DNA of 64,000 bases from Paragordius varius. Lineage: Eukaryota; Animalia; Nematomorpha. The stretch covers positions 5,518,001 to 5,582,000 of the forward strand of contig OZ176055.1 of NCBI GenBank assembly GCA_964247055.1, in the 5' to 3' direction. Under the pieces are notes generated by a model. That model was not told the DNA's origin. It saw nothing but the letters and a program-made list of their open reading frames with translations, and did no database searches. Both the position numbers and the translations under genes were made by a program. Shown in pieces: positions 12,830-25,680 of the stretch. Within the stretch, counting starts at the first letter, position 1, and each line of letters begins with the position of its first letter.

Positions 12830-15800
12830 ATGCGGATCATGTGGCAACCTGATTCAAATGGATTACAGCAAATTCTCGATTTGCTTAAGGAATCCCAAAA
12901 TCCAACAACCTTTTCCCAACAAAAAGTCCAAGAAGTTATACTTTGCTTATTTTGTAGAAATTAGAGGAATTCAACCGATATCCCGATTTTAATAATTATC
13001 TTATTTACATATTGACTCAATGGAATTCGGATGGTAAATTATTTTTTTATTTTTAGATGAGGCTACTCGATCACTTAGTGGATTAATACTAAAAAATAAT
13101 ATGAGAAAAAATTTTGATTCATATCCCCTGGAAAATAAAACTTATATAATTACCGAATGCATTAGACATGTAGGTGATAAATCATCCCTTATTCGGGCTA
13201 CAATAGGAATCTTGATTACCACAATAGCTAGCAAAGACGCCACACTTTTACCTGATATTATAGCCAAGCTATGTGGAGTCCTTGATTCTCAAAATGCCTT
13301 TGAAGTCGAGGTTTCTATCATTTTTTACAACTACTTAAAATATTTAAAGTTTAACTATTGATTTATTATATAGGGTGCATTTAGTGCCTTACAAAAGATA
13401 TGTGAAGATTGCGTCGATTCTTTGGACAAAGACGATGGTCCCGAACAAGCCATTTTGTCCTATATCATTCCCAAATTTATAGGATTTTTTAAACATCAAA
13501 ATCCCAAAATTAGGTAAAAATTTATTCAGTTTTAACACGATAATTTTAAAACTGCTTTGTCAAATGTGATTTATATGAATTTTTTAAACAGGTCACACGC
13601 AGTAGCTTGTGTGAATCAATTTATAATGACCCACAATCAAACTTTATTTAACCACTTTGCACCATATCTTGAGGTTATATATTTTGTCCATTTAAATGAC
13701 ACAAATTTGATTTCTTATTTAGTAACACAAATTTTTTTAATTAAAATAGGTTTATAAAAATAATATACATAATATAAAGTTAAGATTGTATAATTTTTTT
13801 AAAAATGAATTATGCTATAAAACCAGTAACCGGTCACACCCAAACTTAGCCTTAAATTTTATCTTCTTTCTTATTTTGTTAAAACAAATTTAATTTACCT
13901 ATTTTTAGAATTTATTTGCATTGGCCAACGACCCTAATTTGGACGTCCAAAAAAACTTATGCCGAGCGCTTGTTATGTTGGTGGAAGTTGATTTGGAAAA
14001 ACTTGTACCTTACATGGGAAATATGATTGAGGTTTTTAATCCATAAAAATCCAATTTTAAGTTAAAAATTACCAAATTTTATGACATGTTGCAAAAATCT
14101 TTTGCGTTATTAAACGTTACATTTAAAGCTCTGCCCTGTTTGTACTTAAATTAAATTTGGAGCATTTATTACGCTTTACAACATTTTAGACATTAAGCAA
14201 ATTTTTTTCACAGTTATAATTTTACCTATCTTAAAAATATCTACTTTTTCTCTTAAGTATATAATTTTTGGTTTATGTTGAATTAAGAATTTATTAATTC
14301 GCAGTATACTCGTTTTTTTATCGCGCCCACACATTGAGCAATTTAGCATTTTTTTTAACACATGTATTATTAAATATATAATTATATTTCTTTGTATATC
14401 CATATTAGTTTATGTTGATTAAAACTGCGGATACGGATGAATCGCTTTCCTTGGAGGCTTGTGAGTTTTGGCTTTCGCTTGCGGAACAACAAAATTTGTG
14501 CAAAGAGTTATTATCACCTTACATTGCACGCTTAGTTGCTGTGCTGGTCAGTAAAATGCGTTACTCCGAAGTTGATTTAATTATTCTTAAAGCTGGTTTA
14601 GATGATAAGGGTATATACTGTTTGCATTATTTTTTCTTTAATTTTTTAAAGATATCCATATTTTTTTGGTTTATATTTTTTCATATAAAGTAAGTGAAAT
14701 ATGAGATTAAGAACCATCTTTGTTTCTTTATAACCTATATGATTACAACTGTATAAAATATAAAATGTTGAATATGTTACCAATTTACATTTTTTGCGAC
14801 CCAAACCGATTGGTTTTAATAAAATATGTTTTCCTATCATTCTATTTTTTTTTGTATTTATTAAAATTAAAATTGTACAGACTAAATAGATTAAAGGGCA
14901 ATTATTTTTAATGATTGCTTTTTCCAAATATAACTCATCATTTTGTATCGGAATTTTAATTATTTATATATTATCAATTTAATTATGTGTATAGATGCCA
15001 ACAATGAGAATGAACCGGATAAACCTGAAGATATAAAACCACGATTTGCACGAGCAAAACTTAATAAAATTGGAGCAAATCCGGCTGTGTCAGAGGGCAC
15101 ACCCACATCAAACACCATAGAAACTAATGGTAGGTATTTTTAGATGATACGTTTATCAGCGTTTCCTTATGTTTTAGTAATTTAGTGTATATCAAATTGT
15201 GTAAAGGATTCAAACATTTTTATTAATCCAAAAGTAGGGACAATTAACATTTATTTAATAGTAATGGTATCAATGAAAAAAAGATTATTTTATTTCCAAA
15301 TTTATTTATAAAATTGTTTTTTTAATATAATATTATTTAATACATTCATGAAATATATTTTTTTTACAAATAACTAGGTTTGTCTAAAACCAAAGACGAT
15401 GAATCTGACTCAGATGATGAAGATGATCAAGGTATTTTATGTGTAAATCATCTAATGTTATTGGATTATTATTAATGTCACATGTATAATACAGTCTGTA
15501 TCCTTTATTTTATCAAAAATTTATTTTTTTTTCGTTAAATGGGTGTAAATAATTGGTAAAGAATGGAAAAAATAAGATCTCTATGGTATTAACAATATCA
15601 TATTCATTAAAAAAATATAGGAATTACCATAGGCCCTTGTTTTTTCCATTCTTTACCAAATATTTATAACCATTTAACGAAAAAAAATTAAATTTTTGAT
15701 AAAATAAAGGATACATGACTGTAATATGAGAGAGAAAGAGAGAGACCGGATTCGTAGTTTTTGTACGACGTAATAATTCATATACATAATATTTATACTT

Positions 15801-18800
15801 CTTGGTAATCTGAGGCGATTTTTTACGTAACACATGCCCTTGTGTTCCCCTAATTTACAGATCATTAACAATTGGTATTTGCCGTTAGCGCATTTTCATG
15901 CCCCAGGGTGTCAATAGGATTTAAATAATAACAAATTGTAAGTTCAACCATTTGATTTTTACTTGTACGCTATTGTAATGCCAATCGCCCAACCCTAATG
16001 TGAATTGACAAATATTAATGTCTATATTGTAATTGATCCTTGTTTTGTTGTTTGTTAAGATGCTGACAGTTGTTTAACGGATTGGAATTTGAGAAAATGT
16101 TCAGCAGCCGGACTTGATGTGTTAGCCACAGTTTTTGGAGATGCTTTGCTTCCACCCTTATTACCCATTTTGAAGGAAACACTCTTTTCTCAAGATTGGA
16201 TTATTCGTGAATCTGGGATACTGGCTTTGGGAGCCATCGCAGAAGGTATTAATTACCCTTTTAAAACTAAAAGTTGAATTTAAAATTTTTTGTAAGACGT
16301 ATATTATATATGTTTTTGTTATATGCCATAATGATTATTATTGTGATATATACTATTAATAATTTCTGATCTTTATTAATGAAATAAAATATTTGACCTT
16401 TATTTTATATCTTTTTTCTTTATAATTTTAATCTTGTACGATAATTTAATAGGGATTTGGAAACACGGATATAAAGAATATGATTTGTTAATTGTCTTTT
16501 TTTAATTCATAAACCAATCATGTTATTTGTAATAAATATATTTTTTAGCAATATATATGATAAATCGTATTTCTATATATGTCTAAATTTTTTGACTATT
16601 TATTCATTCTTTGCATCATAATATCATCTGTAATTTTTAAAAACAATAAAAACTGAATTAAATTTTTTTGCAGAAAAATCCTTGTAAATTTAAATCACAT
16701 TTTATTCAAAACCGCCCACATAAAATTGGCATGGAATAAAAAACAATTTAGGTTCAGATCAATATTAGGGCCGCAAAGTATATATAACTTGTCGTACACT
16801 ATAATAGTTTGACACATTTGAAGATATTTGTACTCAAAATAAGTATATATATATATATTAAAAAATTTATAAATAATTCAGGGCCATAAAAAGCACTTTT
16901 AGGGCCGCGGTTTGAGTATGACTAATCTACAATGTATGTCTCTTTGTTTTGTTTTGTATATCGTAATCTTTTTAGTTACATTTATATTACCATGTTATGT
17001 TAGGTTGTTATAATGGGATATCGGCTCATCTCCCTGACCTTATACCCTACCTCATAAAGAATGGCTTGAATGATAGTCAAAGCTTAGTGCGTTCCATATC
17101 TTGTTGGACACTTTGTCGGTATTCGAGCTGGATGTTGACTCAACCCCATGAACTTTACCTTAAACCACTTATAACTGAGGTGACTTTATATTTATTTTTC
17201 GCTTTTCTTTTGTTTATATAAATAAAAAAAGTTAGCACTAATGTAACATTTTAATATAGTAAATTTTTGTGTGTTACAAGTAAACTTTACCTTAAACCAC
17301 TCACTTGCAACTAAGGTAACATAAAAAAATTTAGCACTAATGTAACAATAGTAAATTTTTGTGTGTTACAATTAAACTTTTCCTTAAATTATTTACAACT
17401 AAGATAACTTTGGTTTGGCTAAATCTATGATAATCTTCAATGAATTCCGCTTTTGTAAATGGGAATATATAAAAACTATCATAATATAGCAAATTATTAT
17501 TGCTATCATGGGAACGATCTTGTAAAACTTTTAGGGTAAATAAATTTAGCAATCATTTAAAATGTTTATGTTTATTTTTGCTAATCATAAAATTTTTGAC
17601 AAATTTAAGATTCAAATATAAACTAAATTTTTTCAATGAATCGCAACCTTAAATATTTAGGGTCTAAAATAAATTGAAATCAACAGTAATAATACTTGTA
17701 ATTTCTTTTAAGCTCTGCAAATAGATGATACCCAATATCTTTATTTCTGATTTTTTGTTGAAATTATTTTAGCTCTTAAAACTGGTGTTGGACGTAAATA
17801 AAAGGGTTCAGGAAGCGGCTTGTAGTGCGTTTGCCACACTAGAGGAGGAGGCTTGCACCGAATTGGTTCCTTATCTTTCCTACATTGTTAATACATTGGT
17901 TTATGCTTTCAACAAGTATCAGGTAGATAGATTTTACTCAAATTACACTGGACAACAAATTTTCCTACCATTCGAGTTATTTGCATTTTCTCATATTTAC
18001 TATCATTTTAACAGTAATTCTGAAATAAGACACATAATTTTACCTAAGATTTTGTATAATTTGATTTTTTTGTTTATTCGCATCCTCTTTATTGAAATTT
18101 CACTAAAAAATGTTTTTCTTGAAAATATACAAAAAATGCCCAATTCTAATATATCATTCGAAAGAGTAATGAAAATATAATATGCTTTTACATCGATAGT
18201 TAATATTGGACATAGGAAGCGACAAACGCGCGAAGCGAGAGTGTTTTTAATTTATATATTTTTAAATTGAAAAATAGCTTAAATAAATGACAAATGTCCA
18301 AAAAAGATAACACAAGAAAGTTTATACGATCAAAACACTTATTTATGGCTTTTATGTCATTCCAAATAGCCATTTTTAATTTTTTGTTTTTTTTTAAAAA
18401 TTACCATCATATCAATATTAATTATTTTCCTAAGAAGGCTTATAATTTTAAAATTTTAAAGACTAAAAATAAAGATTAAGGTTGATCTTTTCAACGATTA
18501 CAGTTATTATTATGCAATTAAAAAAAAACCAAATGCTTTAGATTTTTATTAAAATTTTTACTAAATCCTAATTAGTATATTAAAATAATTTATATGATTT
18601 TTAAGTTAGTTTGTCTGTGAAAATTTTTGACTATTTTAAGGGTTTAAAACCATACAAACCCAAATAACCATTACATCAGATTGATTTAAATGAATTACCA
18701 TATGGATACAGTTTTTCGCACTCTTTCGAAAAATATAAAATACATGGCTCTATATCTAAAACATTTAATTTCAAAAATTTCGAGTATAATGGTAAAATTA

Positions 18801-21800
18801 TCGAAAATAATAAAAAAAATTCTTATCTGTTAGACCAATTTTTTTTTACATATACTATTTATGTACTTTAATAAAATAAATTATAAATTTACACGAATGA
18901 CACTTAAAAAATGTCAAAATTTGGTCTTGTATTGTAACCCCATTACTTTTAATGTTTTTGAATTGTTAAGAGTTTATCCAAAATATATCAAACGTTTAAA
19001 TATTGCTGAATCCTAATACTTTGATACAGTAAAAATTGAAATTATACAAACAAAGTGTAAAACAAAAAGGCATATAAAAGATACCCCTCCCTACCTTTCT
19101 TGATTATTTCCTATATAAATACAATATTGAGAAATATAATTGAGTGTTAGATATATAAAACGATATTTATTTAAAAATAATCCGAAATTTAAATATTTCA
19201 TTCTAAGTGATAAGAGTTGTATTTTATCGTCAAAATGTATAAACATTTATAAATTGTCAAATAATAATAATTTATCACGATAATTTAGCAAAAAAATTTG
19301 TTGATCCTGTACGATGCTATTGGCACATTGGCGGATTCAGTTGGGAGTCATTTGAATGAACCGGTATTTTAAAAATTAATATATTTGTTCATTCCATCTT
19401 AACAATTGCGTAGTAAATTGTTTTTGATTGAAAAAAAAGTTATCGAATAAATTATAAACATGAAATTTCCTAAAATTATATATGGCATGTTTATGATTTG
19501 TTTCATTATGATATTAGGAGTATATAAATGCCCTTATGCCACCATTGATAGCAAAATGGAATGCCATACCCGACGATAATAAAGATTTGTTTCCCCTTTT
19601 AGAAGTTAACAACTATTTTTTTCATTTCTCAAACATCATTTTTAAATTATTGAAGTAATTGATAAAATTAATTTTATGTTTATTTACATATATTTTATAG
19701 TGCCTTTCCAGCATAGCAACTGCTCTTAATATCGGATTCTTACCATATGCCGAACCCGTTTACAAGCGATGTCTTTCACTTATTCAACAAAACATACAAG
19801 CTTCTCAGGTTTTAAACAATATATTTTTTGTATTATCATAATATTTAACAAAAAATATTTCTCCAATGTTTTCACGGCAAACAATAAATATAATTAGTGA
19901 AAAATGATTAGTTTGTTTTTATGTTATTAAATAATTTTTTAATCACAAAGAGCAAATTATGATTGCTTTGATGTTTTGGTTAATTATCGGATTTTTTGAT
20001 GTGTGCTAATTAATTTTAGCTCGCTGCCCAAAGTCCTGATCTAGAAACGCCCGATAAAGATTTTATGATTGTCGCCTTGGATTTAATGAGTGGAATTGCA
20101 GAAGGTTTAGGGCCAGATATTACCGAGCTTGTAAGTCGCAATCCTGAATCTATAGCATTATTGGGGCAATGCATGAAGGTACGTACTGTTTATAATTAAA
20201 GTTTGAGTTAAAAATTTGAAAATTTTTATCCCTTAAGCAACTTTTTGCAATGAAGCAATATCTATTTATACAATTATCCATTTATTAATAATTTGGTAGC
20301 AGTCCTTAAGCACTTTTTACCATGATCTGAAAACATGGTATATATGTAGAAGTAAGGTTTTTACTCCACATTACTATGTGAAAAAAAAACCTTCTATGAT
20401 TAGATGCTTTTGCAAAACATCCAAAATTAGCCCCTGCAGGTAGTTCACCAAAAGTGATCCAGTCTATAAAACTAATTTTTATTAAAGAAAATTAGCTTTA
20501 TATAATCTATACCACATACTTTTTTTGATCATAGGACTCAACGCCTGAAGTTAGACAAAGTTCTTTTGCACTGTTGGGAGATTTGGCAAAATCGTGTTTT
20601 GCTTACATTAAACCTGCCTTAAATGACATATTTCAATTGTTAGGACAAAACATTGCAGCCGATAGCCATATCAGTGTTTGTAATAATGCCGCATGGGCCA
20701 TCGGGGAACTCGCAATGAAAGTATGTGTTTATGCTTTCATATATGTTTTAAGCTCATTGGATCGCATTCTTGGAAGAACATGTTTTGCGAATTTAGTGAA
20801 TGCTATTTTTTTAAATTTATAGCAAAAAAATAACAGTAATTATAAATAAGTTTTTGACCGTTATTTATGAAGTTCACGAATAAAAAAATTAAATGTAAAT
20901 CCTAAAATATGCCAAAATAGTATCATGATTATAGCATTTAATTTTTAACAAAACGATTATAAATTCACATTTTTTCTTTTAAATTTATACTACAATTTTT
21001 TATTAATTTAATATGAAGTGATAAACTAGTATAGTACTAACGTTTTTGATTTGTTATTTTAAAAGTAGCCCATCTATGATGGTAAGATCAAACTATAGTT
21101 GTCAGTTTTTTGTTAGAACATTGTTTGACAACAAAACATGCATCTTTCACTTATTTATGTTAATTTCTTAGCACTCTTAAACATAATAAACTATGCAATG
21201 AATAAAATATTCCACATCAATAATGAGTTAAATTGGCCCGAAAACTTATAATATATTTTCAGTGGGAAATTCGAAATATAAATGGAAAAATATACGTTCG
21301 TTCCCATCTTGAATTTTAAAATCATATGGGTACCCTTGTGTTTATTTGGTAAAAATGAGAAGTACTTTATATAATTTTTTGTAGATTTACAGTGATGCGA
21401 CAACCTCAGTCCCCACCACCAATATTGTTGACGCAAACAACGTCAATTCAAACGAACATGCTAAGCAAGCCCAGGATCTTGTTGCACCTCATTTGTCATA
21501 TTTGCTTCCAGCGCTGGTGGATATTATACGGCGACCGCATGTAACAAAAACTTTGTTGGAAAATACAGCTATAACCATAGGTCGCCTAGCCCTAGTCTGT
21601 CCGGCACAAATAGCACCCCATTTGGGTACTTTTATACGACCGTGGTGTACTTCCCTCCGTAACATACGTGACAACGAGGAAAAGGATTCTGCTTTTCGTG
21701 GTAAATTTATTTGCACTAAATATTAATTTTTTTAGGTTTTTTGAAAGAAAATTTATATTATATTAATTTTGTAAGGTTGGGTCAGAACGGTTATCGTGAA

Positions 21801-22544
21801 TGTTCTACGAATTTTTATCAGTCAAAAATTTGGAAATATATGTTTATGACATAATATTCAAACATATTTAATAATATTCAACTATGAATTATTGTAGAAA
21901 AATTGTCATATTTTATTATTTTTCGGTTAAATGTTACTTGAAGGTTCTAACATTGGAAAAACTAATTTGATTAATTTTAATATTCATTAAATGAATGAAT
22001 TAGTAATATAGGTGAATGATTATGACCGTGAATGACTCCATTACAAGCGCAAAAATATACACCCTCATCATACCAATTTTTATTTGATATGTATGACTAA
22101 TTATATTAATTAGGTTATAAATTGTTTGTAACATGAATGTCATTTAATTTAAATAATTTACATTTTGTAACATGGATGTCATTTAATTAAAATAATTTCT
22201 ATGTATTGCTTGTAATACAGGTATATGCGCACTGATCTGCTTGAATCCAAGTGGTTTAGCCCCTGAACTGGTTTATTTTTGCGATGCTATCGCCAGTTGG
22301 ACTAATCCTCCTGCAGATTTAAAGGATACGTTTATTAAGGTAAAATCTTTATTAATATATGAAAAATTTGATATCTTTTTTATTGTATACTCTCTCTCTG
22401 ATAAATTAACATTTTATATCATATATTTAGATTTTAAACGAATACAAAAACCAATTAGGCGAAGCTAATTGGAAAGTGTTTACTGATCAATTCCCCAAAC
22501 CCCTTAAAGAACGTTTAAACCTGTTGTATGGTATTCAATGTTAA
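12830..22544 (+). CDS. TNPO1: Transportin-1 (karyopherin beta-2), 20 exons: 12830-12934, 12958-13033, 13057-13310, 13374-13513, 13592-13673, 13909-14031, 14409-14610, 14995-15129, 15378-15431, 16060-16245, 17004-17179, 17773-17922, 19289-19363, 19518-19604, 19701-19808, 20020-20178, 20535-20720, 21385-21700, 22221-22339, 22431-22544
   Basis: Continuous match to the TNPO1/2 family: [103 protein letters not shown]; acidic H8 loop present; all introns GT-AG. Start is ATG 12830 or 12839. Confidence 0.96.
17150..17408 (+). repeat. Tandem triplication of the 3' end of TNPO1 exon 11 plus intron start
   Basis: AACTTT(A/T)CCTTAAA at 17151, 17283 and 17375; copies 1 and 2 are each followed by TTAGCACTAATGTAACA...GTAAATTTTTGTGTGTTACAA. 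Confidence 0.85.
22127..22200. repeat. Short tandem duplication (~39 bp x2) in TNPO1 intron 18
   Basis: GTAACATG(A/G)ATGTCATTTAATT(T/A)AAATAATTT occurs twice in succession. Confidence 0.7.
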
Positions 22545-24775
22545 GGTTATCATATTGGGAAATATATTTGTTTTACATCATTCATTCCTGTTTGAATAAA
22601 CCGATAGATCGAATATACTTTAAATCGCTATAAAGTTTATTTTTTTTGTAAATATGCTTCCTGTTGCGCGCGCGTCCCTTGTTAATGCATTTCTAATAAT
22701 AAACACACACACTGCTTTGTATTTATTTCACTTCAATTTGAAAAAAAATGATGCAAATTTTTCAATATTTTTCGAAATAGCAAATTTTTATCCCCCTAAT
22801 TATACTATTTTTTTATTCGAATAAGACAATTATTGTACTATAGAGAATCAAATTAATTTAATCTTTTTAACATAAATAAATATTAAAATAACATTCACAC
22901 TCTCTAATCCATCTCACATAACTCTGCTCTGTAAAGATATTTTTGTTTGCTTTTTAATAAACATCACATAAAAATGCAATCAATTCCTAAATTTTTTTTC
23001 CAAATTTTACTTTTTTGATGTTTTTTTATTTTATAATGTAAATGCTCATTTATTTAAGTTAAATATATATCTCGTGTGCTCGAAACTTATGATGATAAAC
23101 GGCCATATTAATTTTTTATATAAATGCGTAACACCCGACAAATTCCAATATATACCAATAACACCTTATGATATATCAATGGTCTATTACTTTTTTGTCT
23201 TTTTATCAATAATAACATAATTTATTAAATTACTTATCTTGTTCGCTACAACTTTAGAATTACCTCGTTATGGTATTTTTGTAAATGTCACAGTATTTAA
23301 ATTTTTACAAAAAAATTGTTTACCCGTGCTCTTTTTTTTATAAATTAAATTCAAATTATACCAATGTTAATTAATCATAACTCTCTCTCTTTTTTCATAT
23401 TTTATTATAATCAATGTTGCTACAATGGTAAATTATTTTTTTTACAAAACATGTATGTAAGAATATAAATCAAATGTGATAAAATTTTTATTAAATATAT
23501 CATGTGCCTAAATTTAAAATTTTTACCAAAAATATCTTTTTCATAAATACTTACTTATATTTTACTAATGTTGATAAATTGTCAAATAGCCATTTTTGTC
23601 TATCATAATATAAAATGCATTTTTAAATCTTTTTTCTCTGATCAACCCTTACAATTGATTAACAACATAAATATATACATTCTGATTCTATCTTTATGCA
23701 TAATTACTTATAAAGGGTATTTAATTATACACTACCTGGTTTTCGCATTCATTATCGAATATTTTTAATAAAATTGTAACCAAAAATATTAATAAAATAC
23801 ACTCCATGCAATATTTGTTAAAATTTGTGATTTTTCCAATTTTTATTATCAATTTAAACATTTTTTGGCATTTTTAAACATAAACTTCCAAATATAATAA
23901 TCAATCGTCCATAACTTTTTTTGTGCTATTATTATAACATTCTAGTTTATCTTTTAATTATTTAATGTAAAAGGAAACAAAATATTTTCAAATTGCTCAA
24001 ATTAATTATATTTTCGCTATCGCTGTGTTAATAACCTTTAATGACAATAATTTAAACCATCATCCATCCATAATATATTTCAACCTGTTTTGTGAAATCT
24101 AAAATCGCGTGCACACGTTTAATACCCATTTTAATGTAATGAATTAGAGTGTTGTAGCATTAAACTTTTTCTCATTACAGAAACAATTGCATATTCACTA
24201 ATCACATCACACATATATGTTATTTTAATTCATTATGTTTGATTAATAGATGTGTTTCACGTATATCTATATATATAAACAAAATTTTTTCACCTTAGAA
24301 TATATAATATTAATATTCCATAAATATATAAATACCATGTATTAGATATGTATGTACTCTATATAAATATATACAATAAATATTTGTTACCATATTTGTT
24401 ACTCTCTTTTTAATATATGATGTCTGGGTATCTTATAATCCAAAGGTAATTTATACACGAACTCGGTATCATTCTTTTGACCGATGAGGTTGTATGAATA
24501 TAGAATTTTAAATTTGTATTTACGGAATAATTTGTACCATTTAAGTTGTATTGTTTTGAAATATTATATATATAGGACGTTTTTTGACATTTATAATTAA
24601 ATGAAACCTTTTCGAGATATCTCTAAATTAAAACTTTAGCATATTAACGTAATTCGACTCTTATATTAATTCAGCTTTATAGTAATAAATTTTAACGTTA
24701 ATTAAGTAATTGTATTTGCTATTTAATTTTAAAATATTAGATAATTAATTTTATCGAAATCTATATGGTATAGAT

Positions 24776-25546
24776 CAGGGGTGTCCAACAATCCGGAGCC
24801 ACTTGTAGCTCTTTGAAAATATTTTTTATTATTTTTCATCACAACATTCATTTAATCAGTTATTTCCTTTACAATCTGAAAATCTTTAGATAGCCACTGG
24901 TAAACTTTTTTGGTAATTATTTGGTGAAGCCATATTTCTGAAAGTCAGTCCCATTTTTAATATAACAACACCCATATTATTGGAGTTATAAATTACACTC
25001 TATTTCTAACCACATGGGTCATTGTAAAAGGAATATGTTGAAATCTAGTTGAAACAAGCAGCGCATTGTTAATATTAATCTTTATTAAACGTCGGATTTA
25101 ATTTTAATAGAATTATAAAAGATTCCTCGGTAGCCCATACAAATATTTTTAATATGTTTAAAAATTGCATACTAAACACAGTACACTATGAATTTAAGTG
25201 GCGTAAGTTTAAATTGTTTTCCGTGAAAAAATTCAACAATTTCTCGAATAGAATTCATTGTAATATATTCTGTATTTGTGCTTTTATCAATGGCATATAT
25301 ATTCTAAAAAATTAGGTTTTTTGTCCATGCATTTCAACAAATTTTTATTTTTTTGCACATATTAGTACAAATTAGCAAATATAGCAATAATATAATATTT
25401 TTACTGTTATTTTGTTATTTATTTGTAAAACATATCTATATATGTTTATAAATTTGATACTTATGTCTTGAATATTCAAACGAGGCTCTTCGGATTTTTG
25501 AGGTTGAAAATGTGGCTCTTCAAGCCATATATGTGGGGCACCACTG
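24776..25546. mobile_element. Buster/Charlie-type non-autonomous hAT (771 bp)
   Basis: TIRs CAGGGGTGTCCAACA and TGTGGGGCACCACTG (12/15 match); perfect 8-bp TSD GTATAGAT at 24768-24775 and 25547-25554; GAGCCAC/GTGGCTC subterminal motifs. Confidence 0.88.
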
Positions 25547-25680
25547 GTATAGATTATAGAATATTCACAACATATTTTAAACAAAAAGATAAAAATGTTA
25601 TACCCTTAGAAAACATGAAATGAATCAAAAAATTTAAAATTTTATTTTGACAATATAATAAACATTGCATTCATATTGTA

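Noticed and set aside
16700-16925. Buster-like MITE remnant (GGGCCGC motifs) in a TNPO1 intron
   Set aside because: Only one degraded end is visible and there is no TSD.
18215-18250. CGCGCGAAGCG hairpin resembling a Helitron 3' end
   Set aside because: No CTRR terminus or matching 5' end was found.
22545-24770. 2.2-kb AT-rich stretch with ORF 23568-23768
   Set aside because: Low-complexity probable 3' UTR or intergenic DNA; no structure or homology supportable.
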